A stretch of DNA of 64,000 nucleotides from Crateriforma spongiae (GTDB lineage Bacteria; Planctomycetota; Planctomycetia; Pirellulales; Pirellulaceae). Each line of letters starts with the position of its first letter. Position 1 is the first letter of the stretch. Location of the stretch: contig NZ_JAAXMS010000007.1 of the NCBI RefSeq assembly GCF_012290005.1, positions 41,991 through 105,990 of the forward strand, in the 5' to 3' direction. Positions 33,775-42,793 of the stretch are shown piece after piece. The notes under the pieces are model-generated. The model was given only the letters and a program-made list of their open reading frames with translations. It searched no databases and was not told the DNA's origin. Both the position numbers and the translations under genes were made by a program.

Positions 33775-34050
33775 GGAAATTCGAAAAACGGCGGGGATGA
33801 AGGGGCGGTCTGGGATCGTGGGCATGGTCCCGGCGGATCCTTGGCGCAAAATCCTTCACGAAAGCCAGAATTGGCCCCGGTGGTGCCACCGCGCAGCGGG
33901 GGCCGTCCATGACAAGATAGGTCAGAAACGCGACGCCGTGATGCTCGTGATCGCTTTGCGCCTCACGCTGCCCGGATTATCCGCCGGACCCGCATGACCG
34001 TTCGCTGAAAACGTTGGGCTGTCCCGTGGATGGGAACGGGCCAACGGCCG

Positions 34051-35367
34051 TCACGACAGTGCGTCGAACTGGGGCGGATGGTTTGGCGGCGGATCGTAGG
34101 GGCCCAGGCTTTCAATGCCGCTTGGGGCCGCCGCAGATATCGGCGACGTCACGTCCGTCGCGGGAACGATGGATTTCAACGTCCCACGCAGCAGCAGCGT
34201 GTCCAGATCCAGCATGCCGATCAGAATGCCCCCGTCATCGACCACGGGGATCGCACGTTGGTTGCGGTCACCGGACAACAGAATCGTTTCCAAGTCTTCG
34301 TCCAGCGTCGCCGGTGTGATTGAATGGTCCGCCAAGCCGCCGATCGGCGTCATCGGGTCGACCCGTTGTTCGATCGCTTCTCCGACGTCCTTCAGACGCA
34401 CCACCCCGACGACGGTGCCGATTCGTGAAACGACCGGCTGGGTGGCCGCCGAGTTGTTTTTCCAATCAAACGCGACGCGACCCAGTGGCGTGTCCATGGG
34501 AATGCCGGCCACACCACGGATCATCACATCATCCACGCACAGACCACGCACGGATTCCATCACGTCGACTTGTCGTGCTTCGTTCATCCCAGCAAAAGCG
34601 ATGAAGGCGGCGATGAACACCGGCATGAAAGCGCCCACCTGCAACGCATAGAACGCCATCAATGCGGCACACAGCAATCCGATCCGCGAAGCGATAAACG
34701 TCGCGCGACGGTACGACATCAACATCGCCAAACCGCTTCGCAAAACACGGCCGCCGTCCATCGGGAACGCGGGGATCATGTTGAATACGATCAGCATGAT
34801 GTTGACCAGCAACATGGTCAGAACGAATCCCCATATCGATGGCTCGATCAACAGATCACTCAGTTCGATCTGTGATTGGGTGTCCCATCCCAAGCGGATT
34901 CCCAGATCGCCACCGGTGAAGGCATAGATTCCCAAGATCAGCAAACCGGCAATGACCACGTTCACCGCCGGGCCAGCCACTGCGACCAATAATTCTTGCC
35001 ACGGCACACGCGGCATCTGCTTCAAGCGGGCCACGCCACCGATCGGCAACAACGTGATGTCCACCGTGGGCACATGAAAGATTCGGGCGGTCAATGCGTG
35101 GCCGTATTCATGCAGCGTCACGCACAAGAAGACGCCGAACAGACGGGCGACGCTGTAGACAACGCCCAAGGGGCCTTCGGACCAGGACGTGGCGACCATG
35201 TACGCGATCAACAACCCGAACGTCCAGTGGACGAACAGATCGATCCCGAAGAAGGTTCCCAGTCGCAGGCGTCGTTCCAGCACAATCAGTTCGTCGGGTT
35301 GGTGGAGAAAGCAATGGCGGCATCGGAGGCGTTGGCACCCGATGGCCGGGAGCCTGGTTTTCGTCAC
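34051..35367 (-). CDS. M50 (site-2 protease) family metallopeptidase with tandem CBS domains
   Basis: HEYGHAL (HExxH) and PAFPMDGG motif; CBS-like repeats in the C-terminal half. The ORF-track start is GTG; an internal GTG near 35283 is also plausible. Confidence 0.8.
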   Translation of the reverse strand: MTKTRLPAIGCQRLRCRHCFLHQPDELIVLERRLRLGTFFGIDLFVHWTFGLLIAYMVATSWSEGPLGVVYSVARLFGVFLCVTLHEYGHALTARIFHVPTVDITLLPIGGVARLKQMPRVPWQELLVAVAGPAVNVVIAGLLILGIYAFTGGDLGIRLGWDTQSQIELSDLLIEPSIWGFVLTMLLVNIMLIVFNMIPAFPMDGGRVLRSGLAMLMSYRRATFIASRIGLLCAALMAFYALQVGAFMPVFIAAFIAFAGMNEARQVDVMESVRGLCVDDVMIRGVAGIPMDTPLGRVAFDWKNNSAATQPVVSRIGTVVGVVRLKDVGEAIEQRVDPMTPIGGLADHSITPATLDEDLETILLSGDRNQRAIPVVDDGGILIGMLDLDTLLLRGTLKSIVPATDVTSPISAAAPSGIESLGPYDPPPNHPPQFDALS

Positions 35368-35484
35368 GGTCCCCTGCGGCGGCCCATCGGTGCCAAGGGT
35401 ATGTTACGCGTCCACCCAGTCTAGGTTTCCGCCAAAGTTTGCGGCACCGCAGTTTTGATCCTCCAGCACCCTTGATGGCTTCCC

Positions 35485-35931
35485 ATGTTGCGATCCCGCC
35501 TGATCCATCCCCAGATCAACGCCGTTCTTGCCGCCGCCGGGCACCACAGCACCATTCTGATCGCCGATGGCAACTACCCTGCCCTGAACAAACGTGGCCC
35601 CAACGCCGAATTGGTCAGTTTGAATCTGATGCCGGGATTGGTCACGTGCGATCAAGTCCTGCAGGCGGTCTTGTCGGCCGTCCCGGTGGAGCGGATTCAG
35701 ACGATGCAGACCGAAACCGAAGGCCCTTATGCGCTGGACGGCGATCCACCGGTTTGGGACGACTATCGAAAATCGATCCGGGACGCCGGATTGGATTTAC
35801 AGATCGAGCCGATCGAAAAGTGGGATTTCTACAAAGCCGTCGAAACTCCCGATCACGTGCTGACGATCCAAAGTGGCGACCAACAGCGGTACGCCAACAT
35901 TTTGCTGTCCATCGGCGTCCGCATGGACTGA
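35485..35931 (+). CDS. RbsD/FucU family sugar mutarotase/pyranase
   Basis: AAGHHSTILIADGNYP motif; about 148 aa. Confidence 0.7.
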   Translation: MLRSRLIHPQINAVLAAAGHHSTILIADGNYPALNKRGPNAELVSLNLMPGLVTCDQVLQAVLSAVPVERIQTMQTETEGPYALDGDPPVWDDYRKSIRDAGLDLQIEPIEKWDFYKAVETPDHVLTIQSGDQQRYANILLSIGVRMD

Positions 35932-35971
35932 TTCTGCGTCCCGAACGCCATCAACTTTGAGGCCTGTTCAC

Positions 35972-35999
35972 TTGACGCAAGTGTGGCCAGGCGTACAGT
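35972..35999 (+). promoter_or_regulatory. sigma-70-like promoter candidate upstream of recQ (TTGACG-N16-TACAGT), -35 embedded in inverted repeat CACTTGACGCAAGTG
   Basis: Sequence inspection only. The inverted repeat at 35969-35983 overlaps the -35 box, about 115 nt upstream of the recQ ATG. Confidence 0.25.
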
Positions 36000-36100
36000 T
36001 GTCGGGCCGTCGGTGCGGTGTCGATTCTGCGGCACCTGCTGGCCGACCGCTGGGCAAGACCGATGTGCAAACACCAACCAGGGAAGTCGTGAGGTGATTG

Positions 36101-38095
36101 ATGGCGTCTTCTGCACGTTCAACCAAACGTTCGACGAAAAGTGCGTCCGGATCCGTCGATCCCCCGGCGTCACCACGACCGATCGGCGGCGATCCTCGCG
36201 AAGTCTTGCGTGACACCTTTGGTTTGCCGCACTTTCGTGACGGCCAATACGCGGTCATCGATCGATTGTTGGCAGGCAAAAACGTCGCCGCCGTCTTTCC
36301 GACGGGCGGTGGAAAGAGTCTGTGCTATCAATTGCCCAGCCAAATGTTGCCGGGCGTCACCGTGGTGGTGTCGCCATTGATCGCGTTGATGAAAGACCAA
36401 TGCGATTCGCTGGCCGCGCGTGGTGTTGCGGCGGCACGCAGCGATTCGGGTTTGACCCCGGCGGAATTCCGCGCCGCCAGCCAGGGTGTCCGTGACGGAT
36501 CGATCAAAATCTTATTCGTTTCACCCGAACGCTTTTTCAACGAAAGGTTCTTGGCGTCGATCGACGGGTTGCCCATTTCTTTGTTTGCGATCGACGAGGC
36601 GCATTGCATCAGCCAATGGGGCCACAATTTTCGGCCCGACTATCTGAAACTGGCCGGGTTGACCCGACGCCTGGGAGCCGAACGAGTGTTGGCGTTGACC
36701 GCCACCGCGACGCCGGAGGTCTTGGCCGACATTCGTGACGCGTTTGACATCGCGCCGGATGATTGCATTCAAACCCCATTTCATCGGCCCAACTTGCGGC
36801 TGCGCAGTTCGCTGCATTCGGCCGAACAGCAATACAGCGCACTGGCGGACAGAATCCGCAGTCGCCCCCGCGGCAGCACGCTGGTCTATGTGACGCTGCA
36901 GAAAACGGCGGAGGAAGTCGCCGAACGTTTGACCGCCGACGGCATTCCCGCGACGGCCTATCACGCGGGGCTGGATAAGGATGAACGTCAAGCGATTCAA
37001 CAGGCGTTTGTCCAAGATGATGATGCCATCGTGGTCGCAACAATCGCCTTTGGGATGGGGATCGATAAATCCAACCTGCGGTACGTGTATCACTTCAACC
37101 CGCCAAAGTCGATGGAGTCGTACGCCCAGGAAATCGGCCGTGCCGGGCGCGACGGCAAACCGGCGACTTGCGAAATGCTGTTGGTCCCCGAAGATCGCGT
37201 GGTGCTGGAAAACTTTGTCTATGGTGACACCCCGTCACGCCACGCCGTCGGCCGGTTCATCGATCTGGTCGCCGGCCAAGCGGACACGTTTCATGTGTCG
37301 CATTACCGGTTGTCCAGCGAATCGGACATTCGCGTGTTGGTGATTCGGACGTTGCTGACGTATTTGGAACTGGAGGGGCATTTGCAGGCGACGTCACCGC
37401 GGTTTGATTCTTATAAGATCAAGCCGCTGGTCACATCACAGGCAATCTTGAAGCATTTTGATGGTGAACGACGACAATTCGTGGCCGGGATTTTGTCGTC
37501 GCTGACCAAAGGACGCACTTGGTTCACGCTGAACATGGTGTTGGCGACGCAGCGTCTGGGCGGCGATCGCCAGCGGATCGTCAAAGCGCTGGACCACATG
37601 GCCGAACAGGGATGGATGGAATTACAGGCGACGGAACTGGTGCACGGTTATCGTTGGATCAAACGATTCGATGATCGAAAGACGGTGGCCGATGACTTGT
37701 TTGATCGTTTGGCCCGCCGTGAAGAAGGCGAAGTGCGTCGTATCGATGAGGTGTATCACCTGGCCGCGGCCGACCGTTGCATGGCGGCAACGTTGGCCCA
37801 GCATTTCGGCCAGTCACTGGAAGACGGCTGTGGCCAGTGCAGTCACTGTACCGGTGATGCGGCGGGCCCCGTCCCCGCCACCAAACCGCGTCCCCTGGGA
37901 TCATCGGTTGCCCGTTTGTTGGGCGATGTCACCAAACAGTATCCGGACCAGTTCACGCACACGCGGGACAAGGCACGTTTTTTGTGTGGTCTGTCATCGC
38001 CCGCGTTGATCCGGTCTCGGTTGACCCGCCACGCAGGCTATGGCGTCTGTCAACATTTGCCGTTCGCCCATGTTTTGGAGCAGTTGGACGGATAG
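36101..38095 (+). CDS. recQ: ATP-dependent DNA helicase RecQ
   Basis: FGLPHFRDGQYAVIDRLLAGKNVAAVFPTGGGKSLCYQLPS, DEAH box (AIDEAHCISQWGHNFRPDY), and RQC Zn cluster (CGQCSHC). ATG 36101 with a GAGGTGA SD. Confidence 0.88.
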   Translation: MASSARSTKRSTKSASGSVDPPASPRPIGGDPREVLRDTFGLPHFRDGQYAVIDRLLAGKNVAAVFPTGGGKSLCYQLPSQMLPGVTVVVSPLIALMKDQCDSLAARGVAAARSDSGLTPAEFRAASQGVRDGSIKILFVSPERFFNERFLASIDGLPISLFAIDEAHCISQWGHNFRPDYLKLAGLTRRLGAERVLALTATATPEVLADIRDAFDIAPDDCIQTPFHRPNLRLRSSLHSAEQQYSALADRIRSRPRGSTLVYVTLQKTAEEVAERLTADGIPATAYHAGLDKDERQAIQQAFVQDDDAIVVATIAFGMGIDKSNLRYVYHFNPPKSMESYAQEIGRAGRDGKPATCEMLLVPEDRVVLENFVYGDTPSRHAVGRFIDLVAGQADTFHVSHYRLSSESDIRVLVIRTLLTYLELEGHLQATSPRFDSYKIKPLVTSQAILKHFDGERRQFVAGILSSLTKGRTWFTLNMVLATQRLGGDRQRIVKALDHMAEQGWMELQATELVHGYRWIKRFDDRKTVADDLFDRLARREEGEVRRIDEVYHLAAADRCMAATLAQHFGQSLEDGCGQCSHCTGDAAGPVPATKPRPLGSSVARLLGDVTKQYPDQFTHTRDKARFLCGLSSPALIRSRLTRHAGYGVCQHLPFAHVLEQLDG

Positions 38096-38188
38096 GCCGC
38101 GACGATAGAATGAGGGTTGGACGTGATCGCGACCTTGATGACCGAAGGCCGCGATCTTCCCGCAAGCAAAGCTTGATGCCCCGTGACC

Positions 38189-39253
38189 ATGACCGCATCG
38201 CAACCGACCGAATCCTCCGCTTCGCCCTGCCCGCCGGCTTCGCCCCGCTCCGCCGATCCGATCGTTGTCGCCGCGATGTACCGGTTCGTTCGCTTGGCAG
38301 ATTTCGAGTCGCTGCAGACGCCGATCAAGGATCAAATGCTTCGCTGCGGTGTGAAGGGGACCCTGTTGTTGGCGGCCGAAGGAATCAACGGGACCGTCGC
38401 CGGTGATCGGCAAGCCATCGATGGGTTGCTGGAATACTTGCGTGCGGACGACCGGCTGGCGGATTTGGATGTGAAGTTTTCCTTTTGTGATTCGCCGCCG
38501 TTCAAGCGAACGCGGGTGCGTCTGAAAAAGGAGATCGTCACGATGGGGGTCGACCAGATCGACCCGGCCCGGTCCGTCGGAACCTATGTCGAACCACAGC
38601 AATGGAATGATTTGATCAGCGACCCCGACGTCGTGCTGATCGATACCCGCAACGATTATGAAGTCGAAATCGGTACGTTTGACGGCGCGATCAACCCGCA
38701 GACGACATCGTTTCGCCAGTTGCCGGAATTCGTCGACAAAAATCTGGACCCGACCGTCCATAAGAAAGTCGCGATGTTTTGTACCGGAGGTATTCGGTGC
38801 GAAAAATCAACGGCCTATCTGAAACAGCGTGGTTTTGAAAACGTGTATCACCTGCGGGGCGGCATCCTGAAATACTTGGAATCGGTTCCCCAAGACGAAT
38901 CACGATGGAACGGTGATTGTTTCGTGTTTGATCAGCGGGTTTCCGTGGGCCATGGTTTGGCCGTGGGCCAGCACGTGATGTGTTTCGGATGCGGCTGGCC
39001 GGTTTCGGTCGACGAACAGCAGGACCCGCGATACGTCCGAGGTGTGCACTGTCCCCGTTGCGTCGACAAGTTGACCGAAGACCAAAAACGGCGTTTCGCC
39101 GAACGCCAGCGACAACTTGACGCGGCCGATGGGGCGGGCACGCCAGCCCCCGACATCGCAGAAACCCACGGCGAACCACGGACGAACGGTGACGACGGAC
39201 ATCCATCAAATCACCGCGACAGCATGGCCGCCGAATCGCCGATGATCCGTTGA
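38189..39253 (+). CDS. trhO: rhodanese-domain tRNA uridine(34) hydroxylase TrhO (YceA/UPF0176)
   Basis: Close motif match to YceA: [50 protein letters not shown], and a C-terminal Cys cluster CFGCGWP...CPRC. Confidence 0.82.
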   Translation: MTASQPTESSASPCPPASPRSADPIVVAAMYRFVRLADFESLQTPIKDQMLRCGVKGTLLLAAEGINGTVAGDRQAIDGLLEYLRADDRLADLDVKFSFCDSPPFKRTRVRLKKEIVTMGVDQIDPARSVGTYVEPQQWNDLISDPDVVLIDTRNDYEVEIGTFDGAINPQTTSFRQLPEFVDKNLDPTVHKKVAMFCTGGIRCEKSTAYLKQRGFENVYHLRGGILKYLESVPQDESRWNGDCFVFDQRVSVGHGLAVGQHVMCFGCGWPVSVDEQQDPRYVRGVHCPRCVDKLTEDQKRRFAERQRQLDAADGAGTPAPDIAETHGEPRTNGDDGHPSNHRDSMAAESPMIR

Positions 39254-39395
39254 CCGGGGCTGCCCCGCTTCGGCTAAACTGTTCGTTTGCCGGGATCCTT
39301 GTACGTTTCCCGATTCGAAAGTCGATCGACCGTCGGTTTGCCACCGGTTACGTTCGACGCAACTGTTTTTTTTGTGAATCACGGGCGTGCTGCTA

Positions 39396-39637
39396 TGAAA
39401 AGTCGCTTTGCTGCAATCGGTCGGATGTTGATGGTGTTGGGCGGTTGTTGTGCCGGCGGTCTGGCCAGCGCGCACCCGGGGCACGGTTTGGTGGACGAAG
39501 GGCCGGTGCATCAGGCCACATCCCCCGAACATTTTCTGTCGATCGTCGCTGCCGCCCTGTTTGTGGGTGGTCTGGCCGTGTTGTCCGCGATGGTTCGTAA
39601 ACCGGTTTCCGGCAAAACATCGTCGACAAACGAGTGA
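39396..39637 (+). CDS. small His-rich secreted/membrane protein (hypothetical)
   Basis: MKSRFAAIGRMLMVLGGCCAGGLASAHPGHGLVDEGPVH... followed by a C-terminal hydrophobic segment. Its stop overlaps the permease GTG; there is no homology evidence. Confidence 0.3.
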
Positions 39638-39651
39638 CACAAAAATCGCCG

Positions 39652-40974
39652 ATGTCACAGGGGCGTCGATGTTTGGATTTGACGTCGGCCGTGGCGATCG
39701 TCGCGGCCAGCATGATCGGCGCAGGGGTTTACACCACCAGCGGGTTTTCGATTGCGACCGCCGATTCGGCATGGACGGTGGTCGTGTTGTGGATCATCGG
39801 CGGTTTCGCGGCCGTGTGTGGCGCGATCGGTTATGCCGCGCTGTCGCGTCGATTTACCGAATCCGGCGGTGAGTATCTTTTTCTGTCCAAAACGCTGCAC
39901 CCGGTCGCGGGCGTCGTCGCCGGATGGGTTTCGGTGCTGGCAGGTTTTACCGGCCCAATCGCCTTGGCCGCATTGGCTTTGGATGTCTATTTGGTCGATG
40001 CGGAAACGTCGGCCCTTCCCGCCGGCAGCATCGCGGCATTGGCAATTGTGGCGGCCGCTGTTTTGCATTCGATCAGCGTGCACCCGTCTGCTCGGGTGCA
40101 AGATGTTGTGGTGGCATTGAAGCTGATGGTCCTGTTGGGCCTGGTTTGTTTTGCTGCCACCGTGGGACCATCGAACTGGATGGGGTTGCAGGCAACCGAC
40201 ACGCCACCCTTTTCTTGGGGCGAAACCGCGACGTCGCTGTTGTACATCTCGTTCAGCTATGCGGGTTTCAATGCAGCCATCTATATCGCCGGTGAAGTCA
40301 AAAATCCCCAGCGGAACGTGCCCATGGCGATGGTCATTGGGACCGTGGTCGTTGCGGTTTTATACATCGCCTTGAACGCGGCTTTCGTGTTGATTCCATC
40401 GCGTGAATCCATCGCCGGCCAGCCGGACGTTGCCACCATCGCAGCGGGCGCCATTGGCGGGACGACTTTGGAAACGTTGGTTCGATGGGTGATCGTGGTT
40501 TCCTTGGCGACGTCGATTTCCGCGTTGGTGATGACCGGACCGCGGGTGTACGCCAAGATGGCCGACGATGGCTTTTTGCCCAGGTTCTTTAGCTTTCAGC
40601 ATCGCGTTCCATTGGTCGCGATTTGGATCCAAGCGGTGGCATCGATCATCGTCGTGTTCTGGACTGACCTTCAGTTCCTGTTGGGGTACCTGTCTTTCAC
40701 GCTGATGTTTTGCTCCGCGTTGACGGTTGCAATGGTTTGGAAGCAGCGTGACTTGGATTTGTGGGGTTCACAATGGTTGCCAAAGATCGCGTCGGCGATC
40801 TTTGTTCTGTTCAGCGTGATGACCATGGTGGTATCAGCCCGGGTGAACGTCGGCGGCACCATTGCCGCTTTTGTCACGCTTGCGATTGGCGTGGGCGTGT
40901 ATCTGTTGCGGTCCAAGTCGAACACGCCGGACGCCCAGGCGAACATGAGTTTGGAACGCAAGCGGGAAGAATGA
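39652..40974 (+). CDS. APC-family amino acid permease
   Basis: SAVAIVAASMIGAGVYTTSG...GGEYLFLSKTL plus 12 TM-like segments. Stop TGA overlaps the downstream ATG (ATGA). Confidence 0.8.
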   Translation: MSQGRRCLDLTSAVAIVAASMIGAGVYTTSGFSIATADSAWTVVVLWIIGGFAAVCGAIGYAALSRRFTESGGEYLFLSKTLHPVAGVVAGWVSVLAGFTGPIALAALALDVYLVDAETSALPAGSIAALAIVAAAVLHSISVHPSARVQDVVVALKLMVLLGLVCFAATVGPSNWMGLQATDTPPFSWGETATSLLYISFSYAGFNAAIYIAGEVKNPQRNVPMAMVIGTVVVAVLYIALNAAFVLIPSRESIAGQPDVATIAAGAIGGTTLETLVRWVIVVSLATSISALVMTGPRVYAKMADDGFLPRFFSFQHRVPLVAIWIQAVASIIVVFWTDLQFLLGYLSFTLMFCSALTVAMVWKQRDLDLWGSQWLPKIASAIFVLFSVMTMVVSARVNVGGTIAAFVTLAIGVGVYLLRSKSNTPDAQANMSLERKREE

Positions 40975-42404
40975 ACGACCAGACCACGAGATCATTGGGA
41001 CATTGGATCGACGGTGATTGGCGTGATCCCGTCGATGGCGTTTGGCGGGAAAACCTCAGTCCCATTGATCAGCGGTGTGCCGGGCGATTCGCGGTGGCAT
41101 CAATCGAGGATGCCGATTCGGCTGTTGCATCGGCACGGCAAGCTTTTGAACAGAACCGTGATGCCAAGCCTAGCGACCGCGAGGCCTGGTTGTTGGCCGC
41201 GGCGGACGGTTTGCAAAACTCAGCCGATGAAGTGGTCGACGCGTTGATCGTGGACACCGGTTCGCCGATCAGTAAAGCACAGCGTGAAGTGGCAACGTCG
41301 ATCGGTGTGCTGCGCGCGGCCGCCGGCGCTTGTCGCCGGATCTTGGGACAGACACTGCCCAGTGACGTCCCGGGCCGATGGAGCTTTGCGGTACGGCGCC
41401 CATTGGGCGTGGTCGCTGGCATTACGCCGTTCAACGTACCGCTGATCAAAGCCGTCAAGCACAGTGCGTTGCCACTGGCCACCGGGAACGCCGTGGTGAT
41501 GTTGCCGTCACCACAAGCACCCCACATGGCGGCGATGTTGGCCGAGATTTATCAGGATGCGGGGGTTCCGCGTGGGCTGTTCAATGTCGTCTTTGGTGAC
41601 GGTGATGTGGTCGGCGATGCACTCACCATCCACCCTGACGTTCAGATGGTTGGCTTCACCGGCAGCACGACGGTCGGTCGCCGTGTCGCGACGCGGGCCG
41701 CAGCCGATGGCAAACGAGTCACGCTGGAAATGGGGGGAAAGAATCCGGCGGTCGTTTGTGGTGATGCCGATTTGCAGTCGGCGGCACCGATGATTGCGAT
41801 GGGCGGCTTTCTGTTCCAGGGCCAGCTTTGTATGTCCACCAGTTGGGTACTGGCCCACGAAAGTGTTCATCGCAAGTTGTGCGAACGACTGGTCAACGTT
41901 GCGACGCGTTTGCCCGATGGCGACCTGCGTGATCCCGCCACGGTGATCGGACCGATGATCAGTGATCGGCAGTGCGAAAGGGTCCAGCGGTTGGTCGACG
42001 ACGCCGTCCATCGCGGCGCCAGAGTGCTGTGTGGTGGCGGGCATTCCGGGCGTACGTTCCAGCCAACCGTGCTGGCCGATGTCGATGATTCGATGGACGT
42101 CATGAAGCAGGAGATCTTTGGGCCGGTCATTTGTATCCAGGCCTTCACCGAATTGCAGGACGCCATCGATCGCATCAATGATCGTCGGTTTGCCCTTTGT
42201 GCCGCCATCCACACCGATTCACTTGGCGATGCCAGAATGTTTGCCAAGCAATGTGGATCCGCGATGGTTCACATCAACGGGCCGACCGTCCAGGAAGAAG
42301 CACATGTGCCATTTGGTGGCAGTAAGGATAGTGGCTTTGGACGCGAAGGCGCGTTGGTCGGCATTGATGAATTGACCACGTGGCAGTGGGTCACGGCGAA
42401 CTAG
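40971..42404 (+). CDS. aldehyde dehydrogenase family protein
   Basis: ITPFNVPL, catalytic Glu (LEMGGKNP) and Cys (GQLCMSTS). ATG 40971; the ORF-track start 40761 is read-through. Confidence 0.85.
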   Translation: MNDQTTRSLGHWIDGDWRDPVDGVWRENLSPIDQRCAGRFAVASIEDADSAVASARQAFEQNRDAKPSDREAWLLAAADGLQNSADEVVDALIVDTGSPISKAQREVATSIGVLRAAAGACRRILGQTLPSDVPGRWSFAVRRPLGVVAGITPFNVPLIKAVKHSALPLATGNAVVMLPSPQAPHMAAMLAEIYQDAGVPRGLFNVVFGDGDVVGDALTIHPDVQMVGFTGSTTVGRRVATRAAADGKRVTLEMGGKNPAVVCGDADLQSAAPMIAMGGFLFQGQLCMSTSWVLAHESVHRKLCERLVNVATRLPDGDLRDPATVIGPMISDRQCERVQRLVDDAVHRGARVLCGGGHSGRTFQPTVLADVDDSMDVMKQEIFGPVICIQAFTELQDAIDRINDRRFALCAAIHTDSLGDARMFAKQCGSAMVHINGPTVQEEAHVPFGGSKDSGFGREGALVGIDELTTWQWVTAN

Positions 42405-42429
42405 TTCCCGTGTTTGGACCACGGGGAAC
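42404..42429 (+). terminator. stem-loop immediately after the ALDH stop (GTTCCCGTG-tttggac-CACGGGGAAC); no U-tract
   Basis: Inverted repeat seen directly in the sequence. Confidence 0.3.
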
Positions 42430-42470
42430 GAATCGCAGTGAGCGTAATTCCCTCGACACCGTCGCGGTGG

Positions 42471-42569
42471 TTACAGGATCGAACTGGTCAAGATTCCCAC
42501 GATGGTTGCCAGAGCAATGACGACAAAGGCGATGGTCGGGTCGGTCGGTTGGGTGTGTTCGGACATCAT
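42471..42569 (-). CDS. possible 32-aa hydrophobic micro-protein (MMSEHTQPTDPTIAFVVIALATIVGILTSSIL)
   Basis: ATG with GGGAG 9 nt upstream and a single TM-like helix. It is below the ORF-track cutoff and has no other support. Confidence 0.2.
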   Translation of the reverse strand: MMSEHTQPTDPTIAFVVIALATIVGILTSSIL

Positions 42570-42793
42570 CAGGCGCGGCTCCCGTCGGCGAATCTGGGTC
42601 AAGACATCGGGGTTTCTTCTGGTTGGGAACATCGGAGGCGTTTGCCCCATGCGGGATCAGAACGCTGAATCCGTTGTGCCTTTAGTGCCCAGCGGAAGCC
42701 ACGGGAAAACGTGACAAGAAAAACCGCAGATTTGTCTTTTTCCCGCCTCAGGCCGTGCCGTGTCAGATTCGCTGACCCCGTTGCAGACGTCTT

